From: Octopus bimaculoides
Lineage: Eukaryota
Assembly: GCF_001194135.2 (NCBI RefSeq)
Contig: NC_068981.1
Span: 79,966,200 to 80,030,199 of the forward strand
Reading direction: 5' to 3'
Length of the DNA stretch: 64,000 bases
This document shows positions 12,213-26,009 of the stretch, one piece after another (within the stretch, counting starts at the first letter, position 1; the number at the start of each line of letters is the position of its first letter). Below the pieces are notes generated by a model. It had not been told where the DNA came from. It saw only the letters and a list, made by a program, of their open reading frames with translations, and made no database searches. A program made the position numbers and the translations under genes.

Positions 12213-12995
12213 GAAACTGAAAAAAAGCCAGTTGTGTGTGTGTGTGTGTGCATGGAGGTATGGCTGTTGGTGTCTCCTTACCTTGATATTTTGTATTAAT
12301 TGTAAAGGAGCTTCACTATCATACAGATGATATCCTCTATTTCCAATTTTTTGTGAAAATACATCTGGCCACGACGAAATATTACCTTGGTCAGAAACAG
12401 GTGAGGGTTAGCAACAAGAACATCCAGCAGTAGAAATTCTGCCTCAACAAATTCCATGTGGTTCATAAAAGCATAGAAAAATGGACATTGAATTGATGAT
12501 GGTGAGGATGATATTTGATATCAGAATTGTTAAAGCATCAGAGGGGAAATATCTATTTGTATATGGTGTATTCAAATTCCACCAAGGTCAATTTTGCTTT
12601 TCATCCAGTAGATTGTACTAAAGTACTGAGGATTGATATAGGCAACATATTTAACTAAACACCAGTATGATAATAAAGCCAGATTCATAATCATTTTCAC
12701 CATCATAATTCTTTCCTCCACATTATCAGGCAGAATAACTGGTTTAAATGCAAAAGGATTAATCATAATTTTGTGATACACAAGTATGGTGAATAAAACA
12801 AGGTACATTGTTTTCAAAATATTTAACTTCAAAATATAGTTTTTTTTTTTAAACTTTTCATGCACCTGTAATTTTTATTTCACTTCCAGTGTACCACCAA
12901 GTTAAAAATGTTGAGAATCATTGGCTTAGACTAGATGCTTTGCTCTCAAATAAGCCAATCCAGTTGATGTTATAAGATGGGATAATTCACTGCTA

Positions 12996-13327
12996 TGGCT
13001 TAATGGTTAGAGCATCAGACTCACAAGCATGAGGTAGGGAGTTCGATTCCTGAACCAGGCTGTGTTGTGTTCTTGAGCAAGATGGTTTGTTTCATGTTGC
13101 TCCAGTTCACTCAGCTGTAGAAATATGTTGTGACATTACTGGTGCCAAGCTGTATCAGCATTTGCCTTTCCTTTGGATAACATCGGTGGCATGGAGAGAG
13201 GAGGCTGGTATCCATGGGTGACTACTGGTCATCCATAAACAACCTTGCCTGGATATGTACGTCAGAGGGGAACTTAAAAGGGGTAATCCCATGGTCATTC
13301 ATGACTGAAGTGGAGCCTTTACCCTTT
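12996..13327 (+). mobile_element. tRNA-derived SINE family B
   Basis: TGGCTTAATGGTTAGAGC...GAGTTCGATTCC head; full-length similarity to the copy at 29800-30130. Confidence 0.85.
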
Positions 13328-13829
13328 CTAAGCAATAGAATCATGATAATTACAAATGTTTTGTTACTTTATAGTTTTTTGTCTAAATTCCACAATGTCT
13401 GTAACTCATAGATATTCAAGGTCCCCCATTCTACTTTATTCCAAATGAGGCTTATAAAAATAATGTCTACACAACTTGATTTTGGTATTCACACACATTA
13501 ATTGTATATAGCATGTATATTTACAGAAGGAAAAAAATAAATGTAATCTGGAATAAATATTTTTTGTTATTTCATAACTGGAATTCTCGTTTTATATTTT
13601 CATTCAATATTTAATGCTTACATTCATCTCCTAATATTTTCAATTTGTCTCTAATCAAAATAATTATTGCACAAGTTATGGTGAAGTACCACAAATAATA
13701 TAATTCTGCTGAGTCAATTGCAAGACAAGAGTCTGGCTACAAAAGTCCAGTTCATTCTTTTGAAAACTAACTGAAAAGTTGTAACAGTTCTATAATCTGT
13801 AATAAGATGAGTGATAAAAAAAAAATGCT

Positions 13830-13945
13830 AAATACAAAGTCTGTCTGAAAAGTAAGAGGGCTGGGGTCACAAACAATTTATTTCAATTTCAAACAACAAT
13901 CTTCATGGTTTCCCCTTCAAAGTAATTCCTCACGGGTCTAATGCA
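13830..13945. mobile_element. mariner-like terminal fragment
   Basis: tacaaagtctgtctgaaaagt and cccttcaaagta.. resemble mariner ends; no ORF evidence. Confidence 0.35.
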
Positions 13946-16900
13946 ACGATTTCTTGTTGCCTTTTGTCAGTTTATTTACAGTTTACTCTGTTAGCCTCTA
14001 GTTCTTCTAAGCTTACTCACAAGACAAAGGCCTATGTAATCCTTAGGCAGGGAAACTGGTTTATGTGACATCAGGGCTTGTCCACAAATATGTACAAGCT
14101 AGCTTTTCTGTAAGTTCTATATGCCTTAGCTATAAGCCCATCTCTGCTATTTGACCCGTAACTGTAGCCCTTGACAAGTACTACCATCCCAAGTCAGAGC
14201 AGACCTGAGGATAGTAGTAATTAAGGAGTAACTCTACTCTCTCCCAAATTTCTGAACATCTAGGCTGGAGTCTCACCACCAGATGTAGTTTAATTTCTTG
14301 CCCAGAACAGCTATAATTTACCAAGAGAAAACAGGCTGGGCACCATCATCATGATTATCATTTTAATGTTTTCCTTTCTTTTCCATGCAGGCATAGCCTT
14401 CACAAGTTTTTAATGTATCATGTCATTCTCATCTGTTTGGCTTAATGTTCTTAAATCTGCTCCAATTATTTCTCAGTCCTTTCTGAGTCTACTACTATCA
14501 TGGATACCTTGGACTGCCAAACTTAGGGGAAAAAAAAGTTCAGAGAGATCTCAATACTCCAGATGTTTCAATCTAATGATCAATGAATATTTTATTTGCT
14601 CTGCTCAAATTGAACAGGTAAAATTAATCACTATTTTCAATCAGTACAATGATATCTCAATGCTAGTACAATACTATGTCAAACATAATACAGCCCTCTC
14701 ACTCACTTTTTAAACTTAAATTTTGTACATTCAGTTATAATGCTACCTGTGATTTAGATGTTCATGCTTTGTATTACATTTCTTATATCATACACAATTA
14801 AATATAGTATGTATATGAGTAGAAACATTCATTAACTGGTGATGAGTCTCATTGACTTTAGACTACTGGGGAAATTAAGAGTTTAGGTACTAACATGCTC
14901 TTGAAGAGTGTTAATGATTGAAGTAAGGTGAAATTGTAAGAACTGAGAGTCAAAAGCCAGGTTATTTTAAGCTTACTTTTACTGTTTGAAATTTGCCTTT
15001 TAGAAAATTTTTAAAAAGTAAAGAAAAAAATAGAAAAGACAGCAATTAAAATGTATGAAGTATTTTGTTAGGCCTCCAAATTAGTTGGTTGTTTGCAATA
15101 GTGGAATATCATGTGAACACTTGACAACTTGTATCTTTTAAATCTTTATAAAACTCAGTGATATAACCTAGAAATGTCAGCTGGTTACTCTATTTCATTG
15201 TATACAAACTATTATAATAGCAACAAAATTAGAAAAGATTAAATGTATGTCTATTCTGTCTTTAATAGTAGTCTAATGGTTTGTATACGGAAATGGCTTC
15301 ATATTTTTTCTTTGTTTCTTAAATACTCTTTCTTCATTCATTGTCATGTTTCATATCTGTCAGAATTGTGTGTTGGCAACAGGGTCATCCTCTAACCTTC
15401 CAGCAATCAGATTACACTATCAAATGTAATGCTTTTTGTTCATGTTGTTTTAAATTAATCATGCAAAATGCCTGATATAAAATTTAAAATACAAAGCTAA
15501 CAATCAAGGGGGAGGTTTATCTCACATTCCTTTAAAGTTGTCAATTCTGAAATTAAATATTAAATTCAATTAATCCTTGTAATTTGCTCGAAGATTTTAG
15601 TGTTTTTCACTTTTCTCATTTTATTCTTCACAGATGATAAATAATTTTATTTTTAAATGGAATAACACGTTACAATGGTACTAAATATATATATAAACAA
15701 AATTCTGCACCTTCTTTTTCTAAATATTCACCAATCCCATAAAAAATACTGTTACCTCCATCAGCAGTTGAAGATAAATATTATCAAAGCTTTATACATA
15801 TCCTGTCCAATATTAAAAACCAACCAAGTAAATATTTATGCCAATAAACAGAATGTCCTCTATGTAAGGCAGCATTTAAATTTGTTTTGCATTTGATAGA
15901 CTTAGGGAACCCACAGTAAATTTTGTCAGAAAAGAAGACAAGATGGTTATGACTTGAACACTGGTCAAACAATGTAGGCTCTTCAGAGAGGAAAATATTT
16001 TTTTTAACATGCAAACATCAATGGAATTTGACCAAAGCAAGGTCTCTACACGAAACAAACTCTAAAATGCATAAAAGGATAAGTGCTTTCCAAAATGTTT
16101 ACTCAAATATAATCAAGCAACAAGTAATGGACTTCACAAAAACCCCACATTCACATGTACACACACACACACTGCAGAAATAGTAGTAATTCTTTCTGCC
16201 ATAAGCACAAGGCCTGAAATTTAAGGAGCAGAGGGTAGTCGAATACATTGACCTCAGTGTTTGACTGGAACTTATTTCATTGATTCCAAAAGGATGAAAG
16301 GCTCAGAATGTTAAGATGGACAAAACACTGCGCAGCACTTTGTCCAGAGAACAATTATAATGACAACAGCAATGGTAATGCAAGAAATACCATTATTATC
16401 TCCCTTCTCAATTTCAGAGCTTGGCAAAGAATACATTAGAAGAAAAATCTGAACATTTCAGGCACAAGAATACACGTTTTAAACACAATAAAAACATTCT
16501 AAATACTATGATGGTTTCAAATTTTGGCACAAGGCCAGCAATTTCGTGGGAGGATATAAGTCAATTATATCGACCCCAGTGCTCAATTGGTACCTATTTA
16601 ATCAACCCCAAATGTATGAATGGCAAAATCGACCTTGGCAGAATTGGAACTCAGAATGTAAAGAGCCTACAAAAATGTCACTAAGTATTTAGTGCTCCAT
16701 ACAATAAAGCATAAGTGTCCGACAAAACAATTTTATAGAGTTAAAAGATTTCATCATTATATGCTATATTTATGTCAAACCTGTTTAAGAAATATTTTTG
16801 CTGTACAGGACACCAAATCTCCCAAATTACACTCCAATAGGATGAAACAAGTCATATCACAGTGAGTATGATATGGTTGTACCTTTTGAATTATAATTAC

Positions 16901-17318
16901 AATCCACCCAATGGACTTCTGTGCTCCCAATTTCACTAACAAAGGATGACATTTGTTCATAATACAATACAGTGGGATCAAGCCCAGTACCTTGCAGTTA
17001 TGAAACTTCTTAACCACTTGGCTATATCATTCCTATAAACACAGTAGTGCATTGACATTCAGTAAAATAATTAAAGATGCACTTTACCAAAAATAAAAAA
17101 AAACACACCCCACAAGTTAATATAAAGATAATAAAAGGCAGGAACCTCAAATATAGTACATCAACACCACAACACAAGTGAAATATATATAAACCATAAA
17201 AAATAGAAAGTTAGAAAAAATTGCATCAACACAGACCAACAAGAAAATTGCAAAGTAACTGTATCTAGAGTAATTAGACCATTAGCAACGGTCACACCAT
17301 ATCCCATATTACAACTAA

Positions 17319-17638
17319 CTAGCACTCTGTTGGTTATGACAACAAGGGTTCCAGTTGATCCGATTAACGGAACAGCTTACTCGTGAAATTAACATGAAAG
17401 TGGCTGAGCCCTCTACAGACATGCATGCCCTTAACATACAGGAAGATTCTGCATGACACAAAATGTGACAAGGCTGGTCCATTGAATTACAGGTGCAACT
17501 CATTTTTGCCAGCCAAATGGACTGGGTCAATGTCAAATAAAGTGTCTTGCTCAAGGACATAACGCACCACCGGGAATTGAACTCACAGCCTTATGATCAT
17601 GAGCTGAATAACCTAACCACTAAGCTACTTACCTTCAC
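17319..17638 (-). mobile_element. tRNA-derived SINE family C
   Basis: Reverse-strand tRNA-like head (AGCTTAGTGGTTAGG...GAGTTCAATTCCC) followed by CORE-like GTCCTTGAGCAAGACACTTTA. Confidence 0.75.
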
Positions 17639-18741
17639 AATATAACAAGAGCAGCTTCAAATGACATTGCCATACTCGAAATCAACGGTCTGGTAGAGTA
17701 GCTTTGACTGAGGACACACACAATGAGGTCAAAACATCGCATTGTCTCAGAGATCGCTTACATCATTGAATCATGTATGTTATGAACACACATTGTCAAA
17801 AGAGTTGGGGTATTGTCTAATTAAGGAAAACAACAGTGATTAGATATTCAAGTTCAAATATACCAAAAAATATCAATAATGAATAAATAGGTTATCAGAC
17901 ATTACTCAAAAATTAGCCTAAACAGTTATTTATTCAGTTTTCTAAAACTGAGGAAAGTAAGTAGGGGTCAAATTTTGATTTTGCACCTCACAAAAATTCT
18001 AGTGACTGCACTTTCACCCGTTCCCAGGCTCACACACACACACACACACAAACACAAACAGCAAACACACACACACATGAATATACACAGAAAAAACAGG
18101 TCCATGATTTTCATTTTTTTCTTGTGTCAGACACCCATAAAAATCTAAAACTTTGAATTCACGAACATAAATTAAGATATCTAGGATCTGAAGGAATTAA
18201 ATATGCTTATCTGTATCAACAATTACTCATACAAGCGCTGTCAGATTTTCAAAAAGTACTGCCAAAGCAAAGTGATTGCAATTGTTAAGACTATCAAAAA
18301 GCCAATTGCAGTAATATCTCACAGAATCATTCCTCTCTTAAGCATATTCACGCATTTAGAAAGGTGGATCTTTGACAACACCAACTTGCAGAATTACCTT
18401 CCTTCCTCAAATAACAAGACACATGACACATTCAAACTATGGCATTCAGCTCTCACATAACTAACAAACTTAACACAGGGGGCTTCAACTACACACCTCC
18501 TATGCGCACCATTCTGACTACCATCAACACCTACAAAACTTTCAATTTCACACTCTGCTATACTCAATGCCATAAACCCCTGCTNNNNNNNNNNCTTTCG
18601 TTGAATGAATTATGGTGACCGCCTAATATGCCACAAAACCCTTTTTGTGGTCCATTTTCAAGTATTTATTGCTGTTTTTTTTTATAGATGGTGGTGGTCT
18701 CAGGTTGTGGAGCCATCTAATGATGACTCTGTTCTGAAGGC

Positions 18742-19060
18742 TGTAACATCATTTGATAAAGGAATCCATAGAACAAGGCTGAGACTTTAAATACCTTTAC
18801 TCTTGGTCTCAAATATATACAAGTTAAATAATAATGGAAAGAGTTTGATGTGTGGAGGCCATGCTCATCTGTGTATTACCTCTTGTCTGCTAGCTGGCGT
18901 GTGTTGTACAAGAGCCAGCTAGGTCATGTTTTCACAGTCTGGTATCCCGTCGCAAAAGAGGAAGTGCCAGGGCTTAGTGTCCGAACCTTAATGCTGCTTG
19001 CGCCATCTGGTGGCGAGCTGTTTTAAACAACTGACGTCAAGGGAGGTAACTGCACCTACA
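18742..19060 (-). mobile_element. Gypsy 3' LTR (TG...CA), preceded by polypurine tract
   Basis: Minus strand: PPT AAGGAGGGAGC (19061-19071) directly followed by TGTAGG; other end TTACA. About 319 bp. Confidence 0.8.
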
Positions 19061-19079
19061 GCTCCCTCCTTAGACCAGA

Positions 19080-22000
19080 ATCAGTCGAACAAGAGTAAAG
19101 TAGTCGAAGTACATGAGTGATAGGAGGGCACAGAAGAATGAAACATGGCAAAACAGTTGTGTGAACAATGCAAGAGTACAAACTTAGAGGAAACATGCAG
19201 GAAAATGTCTGTTCTTGTAGAGAACAATATGGCAGAACATTTAAAAAATATAATGCAAGTATGTACAAAGAAAAAACGTTCAGCAAAGAAAGGTGTCCAA
19301 TCAAATAGAACAAAGTATATATGTACAATGATGCTCAGAGAGAGAGAAAATATGAATGCGGTATCTAATAGTCTATTTAGAAATGTAGATAGCCTGAGAC
19401 AATTTAATTTCTTCAGCCAATGAACCGATCTACCAGAACGTGTCCTGTAGGGTGAAGAATGCATTTGTGTAGTTGGTGTTTTGGTGAGTGGAGGTGGTGC
19501 TTGTGGGAGTGGGGGTGGCAGTGTTTGTGGAATGATGGGTGTGTCAGCAAGTGGCATAAATGTTTCGGAAAAGGCTTTCTTTTTTACTCTGTCGATGGAA
19601 ACAGTCTCTTTTTCTCCATGAATGTCCACCGTAAACAGTTTTGGTGTGCTTCTAAGAACGTGATAGGGACCAGTGTAGGGAGGTGTGAGTGGTCCCTTGA
19701 CGGCATCATTTCTTACAAACACGTGAGTCCAAGTAGAAATATCCAGAGGTACTGTAGAAGAAATAGACTGGTCGCGAGGAAGCATTGGTGGAAGGTTAGC
19801 AAAGAATCACCTGAGTCGCGTGACGTAAGATGTGGGATTCACATTCGGTAAGTCGACAGGCGCCAACATTTGTCCAGGAAGTGCTACGGTGATTCCATAC
19901 AGGAGCCCAGCAGAGGAGTAGTCTAAATTCTCCTTGACAGCTGAGCGGTACCCCAGCAAAACAACGGGGAGAAACTCGGACCAACGATGAGGATCAGGAG
20001 CAGCACGAATTGCTGCTTTAAGCTGGCGGTGGAATCGTTCCACCATTCTGTAACTTGTGGTGTGGATGTGCTGAACTCTGAGCAATCTCAAAAACTCACG
20101 GAATAGACAAGCTTCAAATGGGCGTCCACGATCAGTGGTAATCCTAGAGGACACTCCGAAGCAAGATATCCACCCAGAGATGAGTGCTCTGGTGACTGTT
20201 TCCGCGGAAATGTCAACAAGATGGATGGCTTCAGGTATCTGGAGAAATGGTTGATGCAGGTCAATATATAAGTAAATCCACAACTGGCCGGCCAAGGCCC
20301 AACCAGGTCAATGTGGATGTGACAGAACCTGGTGTCCGGTAGCTGGAAGTGCCCAAGAGGTGCTCTCACGTGATGATGCACCTTGGAACGCTGACATGGT
20401 AGACAGGCACATGACCAAGCAGTAATAGATCATCGCATATTCAGCCAGAAAAAGCGGGCCGAGATAAGCTTTACTGTGGCCGCAATGCCGGGGTGTGACA
20501 GTGAATGCAGTGCTTCAAAAACAGCACGATGGCGATGTTCAGGAACGAGGGGTCGGGGTGACCCGGTAGAAACATCGCAGAGAATGGTTCCTTCAGAAAA
20601 AGGCAGAGGCAGGTGTTCAAACTTGCAGCAGGAAAACTGTGGTAAAGAGATGTCTGGAGAGTCCAAGAGGGATGGTCAGTAGCCATAGCAACCAAATCAG
20701 TCGAAGCAGCAGGCAAGATAAGGCATCGGCAGGGATGTTGTCAGTGCCAGTAACGTGGCGAATGTCACTAGTGAATTGTGATATGTAGTGCAAATGCCTT
20801 GTTTCTCTGGGTGAGTACCGGTCTGTTTTTGCAAAAAGAGCGAACGTTAGCAGTTTGTGGTCAATGAAAATCGTGAAATCTCAACCTTCAAGAAGATGAG
20901 AGAAATACTTCACCGCTAGATAAATTGCTAAGTGTTCTTTACCAAACACTGTATCTCAGTTCGGCAGCTTTCAACTTGCAAGAAAAGAAAGCCAATGGCT
21001 GACTTCTGTTGTTGACAGATTGCTCTAAAACTGCGGCAATGGTGGATGATGACGTCAACAGTGAGTGATAATTTTGCATCTGCAACAGGATGAGCAAGGA
21101 AGGATGCTTGCGCAAGGTCAGCTTTGACAGATTCAAAAGCTTGGATGGCTGTAGGAGACAGCATTATCGGTGAGTCTTTTTTCTGTTGATGTTTTAAAAG
21201 CTGAGTCAAGGGAAGCAACTTCTCCACACAGTTAGGAATGAAACGACAATAACAATTAATTAAACCAATAAAATTTCTGATCTGTTTTAAGGAGGAAGCG
21301 GACGAATACTGTTGGCGTCAATGAGATGCCCCAAGAATTTCAGACTGGTAGAACCGAATACACAGCCAGATTGATCTTCACATCATAGGAACGTAGGCGC
21401 TTGAACAGTTGGGTTAAGTGTCAGAGGTGCTGGATTGCAGTACCACTGGCGTTTAGAAGGTCATTGACGTGTGCGAAGACAATGTCTAATCCACGAACGA
21501 CCTCATCAATGAACCTTTGGAATGTGCTGGCCATATTGCGAAGACCAAACAGCATAGACAAAAATTCAAACTCTCCAAAAGGTGTGGTGACGGCTGTCTT
21601 TGTAATGTCGTCAGGGTTGACAGAGATTTGATGGTATGCGTGTACCAAGTCGATTTTAGAAAAAAATCTTACAGCCGTGCAGGGCAGACGAAAAATCCTG
21701 CACATTTGGTAGCGGATAGCGACCCAGAATAGTGACAGTGTTAAGACGTCTAAAATCTCCAACCAGTCAGAAATCAGCTTCATTCTTCCTGGCCATGTGT
21801 AAAGGTGCTGCCCATGGGCTTGTGGAGGGACAAGTACGGCCCAGCTGGAGCATGTGCTCGAATTCAGCCCGGGCGATCCAGAGTTTCTCTGGAGACAAAC
21901 GGCGCAGTCGGGAAAAAACTGGCGGTCCCTCAGTTGTGATGAAATGTCTCGTGGAATGGGCTGGATTCGACAGATGAAATGAGAAATCAGTGGGCTCTGG

Positions 22001-22600
22001 AAACGAAGTGAGTAACTGGTGGTAAGAGTCACCTGAAGCAGCCACAAAGAAAGAAGGCCTCACAACAGGAACAGAAGAATCTTTTCGGAGACGGCGAGTG
22101 AGGTAGTATCATCAATAAGCCGGCGTCCTCCAACGTCCACAAGGAGAGAATAGTGATGTAAGAAGTCAGCACCAAGGATGGGATAGGGCAGGTCCGCAAT
22201 GACGAAGATCCACTTGAAATCCCTACAGAGTGATAAATCCAGGGTAAGAGAAAATTTGACCATAGGTTTTAATGGCGGAGTGATTCACCGCATAAAAAGA
22301 TATGTCGGAAAGACCAGGATTGGTGGAAGTAAACCTTCGAGGCCAGATACTCACGCTGGTACCCATGTCCACCATAAAGGACTTTGAAGAAATGGCATCT
22401 TGGATAAAAAAAAAATGCACGGTAAGGTGAATCAATGGGAGAGACGACTGGCATACACAGCACCTCCCATGCTAGTTTCCCTGAGAAGTGTAAGAGCAGA
22501 GCTGTGTATACTTTTCGTCATGGTCCTTGAGTTTCCTATGGTACCAGCAAATTGATGGAGCAGGATAATCTATAATAATCCCAGATTGCAGAATAGATTT
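19080..22600 (-). mobile_element. Decayed Ty3/Gypsy LTR retrotransposon internal region (gag end, PR, RT, RNase H, integrase)
   Basis: gag end ICWYHRK..C..CSY..GN*; protease FMVDMGTSVS; RT FSKIDLVHAYHQI, TPFGEFEF..FGLRN; RNase H DHKLLTFA..ADAL; integrase HSLSHPG, HIHIDLVGP, ITTDRG, MVERFHRQLK. PR-RT-RH-INT order. Many frameshifts; 5' part truncated by another repeat. Confidence 0.93.
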
Positions 22601-22608
22601 GAAAGCCA

Positions 22609-22729
22609 AATCCACTTTCCCTTTGCAATTTTTGGCGCCGTAATAGGGTAACTAATGCGTTTCATTTTTGTGGAGAGAGAGAGAGAGAGAGAGANNNNNN
22701 NNNNNNNNNNNNNNNNNNNNNNNNNNNGT

Positions 22730-22760
<31 letters not shown>

Positions 22761-22924
22761 AGAGAGATTGAGTGACGAAGTTTACCTAATCTTTCAATGG
22801 TATAGCAATATATTATATCATATATATCATCATTGTTTAAACCTTCTCTCTCTCTCTTTCTACAAGAATGAAATGCATTAGTTACCTAATTACGGCGCCA
22901 AAAATTGCAAAGGGAAAGTAGATT
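22609..22924. repeat. Foldback inverted repeat around (GA)n/(CT)n
   Basis: aatccactttccctttgcaatttttggcgccgtaat.. (22609-) is the near-perfect reverse complement of ..attacggcgccaaaaattgcaaagggaaagtagatt (-22924). Confidence 0.85.
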
Positions 22925-22929
22925 ATTAT

Positions 22930-23300
22930 ATATATAACCTAACTCTAAAACCCTAACCGTAACCCTAAAACCCTAACCCTAACTCTAAAACCCGAACCCT
23001 AACCCTAAACCAGTACAAACGCACGAACGATGTCATAAATAACAGTGAAAAAGTAAATTTACACCACCAGAACGTCTTGTTGACAAACCACAGCAGTAAT
23101 TGTTTTCACCTCAATAGACGTCATTGATTGATTGAAATTACCGAAATACGACAACTTTAACACGAAATAGCTTCGAAAATAAAGAATTTTCTTTAAAATG
23201 CCAAGAGTAAATGATGTTTTAGATGACACATTCTACCAGTATACGAAATTTGAAAGTGTTTAGTTACAAAAAATTATTTTTTCTACGTGCCAGCCAAAAG
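22930..23300. mobile_element. Partial MITE related to 28614-29163, with degenerate CCCTAA repeats
   Basis: Degenerate (CCCTAA)n at 22937-23010; gattgattgaaattaccgaaatacgacaac and gtatacgaaatttgaaagtgttt match the arms of the 28.6-29.2 kb MITE. Another partial copy at about 25120-25260. Confidence 0.65.
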
Positions 23301-23339
23301 GAAAAAATCCGGTTCCAGACCTTTTAAGGTCTAGCCACT

Positions 23340-23930
23340 GACCACAAGACACTGCCAGTTCCAGCGACAACACCACCACGCGCTGAAACNNNNNNNNNNA
23401 GCATTGCGGCAACCTTCGTCTTCGTCGCCACCATCATTTCTCTATGTACACAGCTCAGCAAGCAACTCATCCAGGTTCCAACGGTTCATTGTGAATTATC
23501 TCACTACGGATCAACTGCGAATACACAACCTGCATGAACCCCTGTGCAAGTGACCCAGGCAGCAGCATCGCAGCCACGACTTCACGTACGACATGTACCT
23601 GTAACCGGCTCAGCATCATGGCCGCGACTTCTTGATACAGTATTTCAACTACCATGTACTATTGACTACGAACTGATATTGTCTTTCTTGTGTCTATGAA
23701 CTTACTTCTCACTTCGATGGCTATAGACTCTTTAACTCTCTCCACGCGCATACATCTATGCCTGCACACACGCACACATACATTTTGTTCTCATGACTGC
23801 CTGTTTATTATTCTGTATACATGACGCACACACAGGTTAATATATCAATAAATGTACTCTTGATCATTTTAAGTGGTTGTGTCTCTTTTTCCATCTGGTA
23901 CTTATATGTACTATCCAATTTCCTTTTTAT
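23340..23930 (+). mobile_element. LTR-like repeat, family 2
   Basis: Shares segments (gcggcaa..ttcgtct; gcctgt..ttatt..cacacacag; caataaa..ggttgtgt) with the reverse complement of 31890-32610. Confidence 0.45.
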
Positions 23931-24668
23931 TGTAACGGTCATGTGATGTGGTACTAAAGAGTCATTCTCGTTACCTCACGCCACACGGCTCCTGACAAGT
24001 TTAAAGATTTTATTTATCTTAAAGTACCTGACTGGGTCATAAATCCTTTATTTTCTTATGTTGCTTCCACTCAACCAAATTTACATGAAAAAAAATATTG
24101 ACTTAAAAAGTGAATTCGAAGTTCAAGTATATTTTCAACAGCTTGGTTATGAATCATTCTGGCCCAAAATGCAAAGAAATCCCAACTTTGGCAAGAAATT
24201 AAATTATTGTTCATTGCTTTCCTTTCTTTATATTTAATAGAGAAAGGACACAATGTGGTGTCGTAATTTCTAAGTAACGAAATAAATCTAGAATAAGTCA
24301 CAAAGGGAACTTATGACTTGACTAGTATCGAACCTGATACAGAAACTAGTTAAATCTTATCAAGCACAGAGTAGCCATTAACTTGCAATGTATAAAGAAA
24401 ATTTACAACTTTTGACTTTATTAATTTTTTATCATTTCACTGTTAAAAGTTTATGCAATCCATTTTTTTTTTTTTTGTTTAACAAAATTTATAAATTATC
24501 TTCCATGCTAAGTTAGTTCAGTCGTGATGCCTCACTCGCTACTTAAGTTGGTACCAGGCATAACAACTACTTAAAAAAGGGCGTTACAAAAAAAAAAAGG
24601 TCAAGAACCGTTGCCCTTTTAGATGGGTTGCAGGTCGTTATTGAACTACCTAAGACTCCCAAGAAGGC

Positions 24669-24988
24669 TGTAATTTGGTTGGTAGTAATCCCTGATGGAA
24701 AACACATACGAGCAAGGTTGTCTTAAAACACTTTTTATTTGTGGCCACACGTACACGTCCAAAGGAATGACAAACAGAATGGTTGGTGTGTAAAGGCCAT
24801 GATCTTCTATGCTTTGCTCCTATCTGCTAGCGGGCCTAAGACAGAGCCAATCAATTTACATCCTCATAGATTGCGTGTTCATGCAGAAAAGAAGGTGAGG
24901 TCTCGTGTCTGAACCTCAATGTTGTGTAGCGCCCTCTCTCTGTATAGCCAGCTTATTTACCCCTGTCAAGTGGGGTAATACGCCTATA
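24669..24988 (-). mobile_element. Diverged solo LTR related to the Gypsy LTR at 18742-19060
   Basis: Same length and shared blocks: gtgt..aggccatg.tc.tct, tctgctagc, gtgtc.gaacct.aatg.tg, gtcaag.g..gtaa...c.cta(c/t)a. Confidence 0.75.
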
Positions 24989-25349
24989 CCCTATATAGGA
25001 TAACATTTTTTTCTACTGTCTGTATGTGTATGATTTTGTGAGCTCAGTAGGATTAGTGTGGTTTAGTGCGACAACTTATGATTTCCATGGACTTTCTCCA
25101 ATGCCAGACCATACAGAATCTTTGATAATGTATTTTATATTAATTCGAAATAACTTCGAATATAAAATTGTTTCTCTGTTTTATAAGACAAAATATACAA
25201 GTATACGAAGTTTTAAAGTGTTTCAGTAGAAAACACACTAAATAAAACATAAATAAAGAATGGCGCCCGCCAAATTAGAAAGATCCGATTTTTATCGCCG
25301 GAGATAAAGCAGTCAATGCTTTTCGACATACTCGCAGACNNNNNNNNNN

Positions 25350-25418
<69 letters not shown>

Positions 25419-26009
25419 TACGCGTTTGTAATTACCCACATATTTTCGTCTACTAACTAAATCAAAGGAAATAATCTATTGCCTCTTTAGCGACGTCAGC
25501 TCTTATGAAGATGATGAAAAGGGATGTCCACAAAAGGGATGGATGTGAAGAAGGTTTTTTTTCTTTTTTGTTAAAATTATTGTTTTCACTGTCTACAAAC
25601 AGTGGTTGAGGCGAGGAACTGAAATTCTAACTGGCGGGGGCGGGGAGTTAAGCACACCATAGCCCCCGCATGGTTATGTACCTGCCCGGAAGCTATCCTT
25701 CAGCTGACAACAGAAAGAACAACCTAAAAGTCACAGAGAGCAAGGTCTGGTCTGTAGGGAAGGTGAGGAACAGTTTAGATACCCATCTCTCTCAAGTAGT
25801 TGGTTACCCAGATGCTTGTCACTAAGCATCCTGAGAACAAATTTTGCGCATGTTCAGATCTTCATGCCACAACTGTATGCGTATTGTCTTTTTAGACATA
25901 CGACGATCTTCATCCAGAAAATTGTGAATTTTATCAATTTTATAAAAATCCCTCTTCCTCCCACATCTCTCATCTCCTCTCTACCGACCTTTAACTACAA
26001 GGTGTCAGC

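Noticed and set aside
12996-13075. tRNA genes at SINE heads (also 12000, 29800, 17560-17638)
   Set aside because: A/B boxes are present but there is no complete cloverleaf, and each continues into a repeated SINE body.
14391-14617. Possible exon (strong acceptor at 14390, donor at 14618) and 97-aa ORF
   Set aside because: All three frames from the acceptor have early stops and there is no recognisable domain. It could be a non-coding exon but is unsupported.
24071-24620. Possible hAT-Charlie 3' fragment
   Set aside because: Only a TIR-like end (aaaaaggtcaagaaccgttg) and a weak FW motif; too degraded to list as a feature.
18742-24988. One full-length Gypsy element bounded by the two LTRs
   Set aside because: The LTRs are far more diverged than expected, there is no PBS next to the second and no matching TSD.
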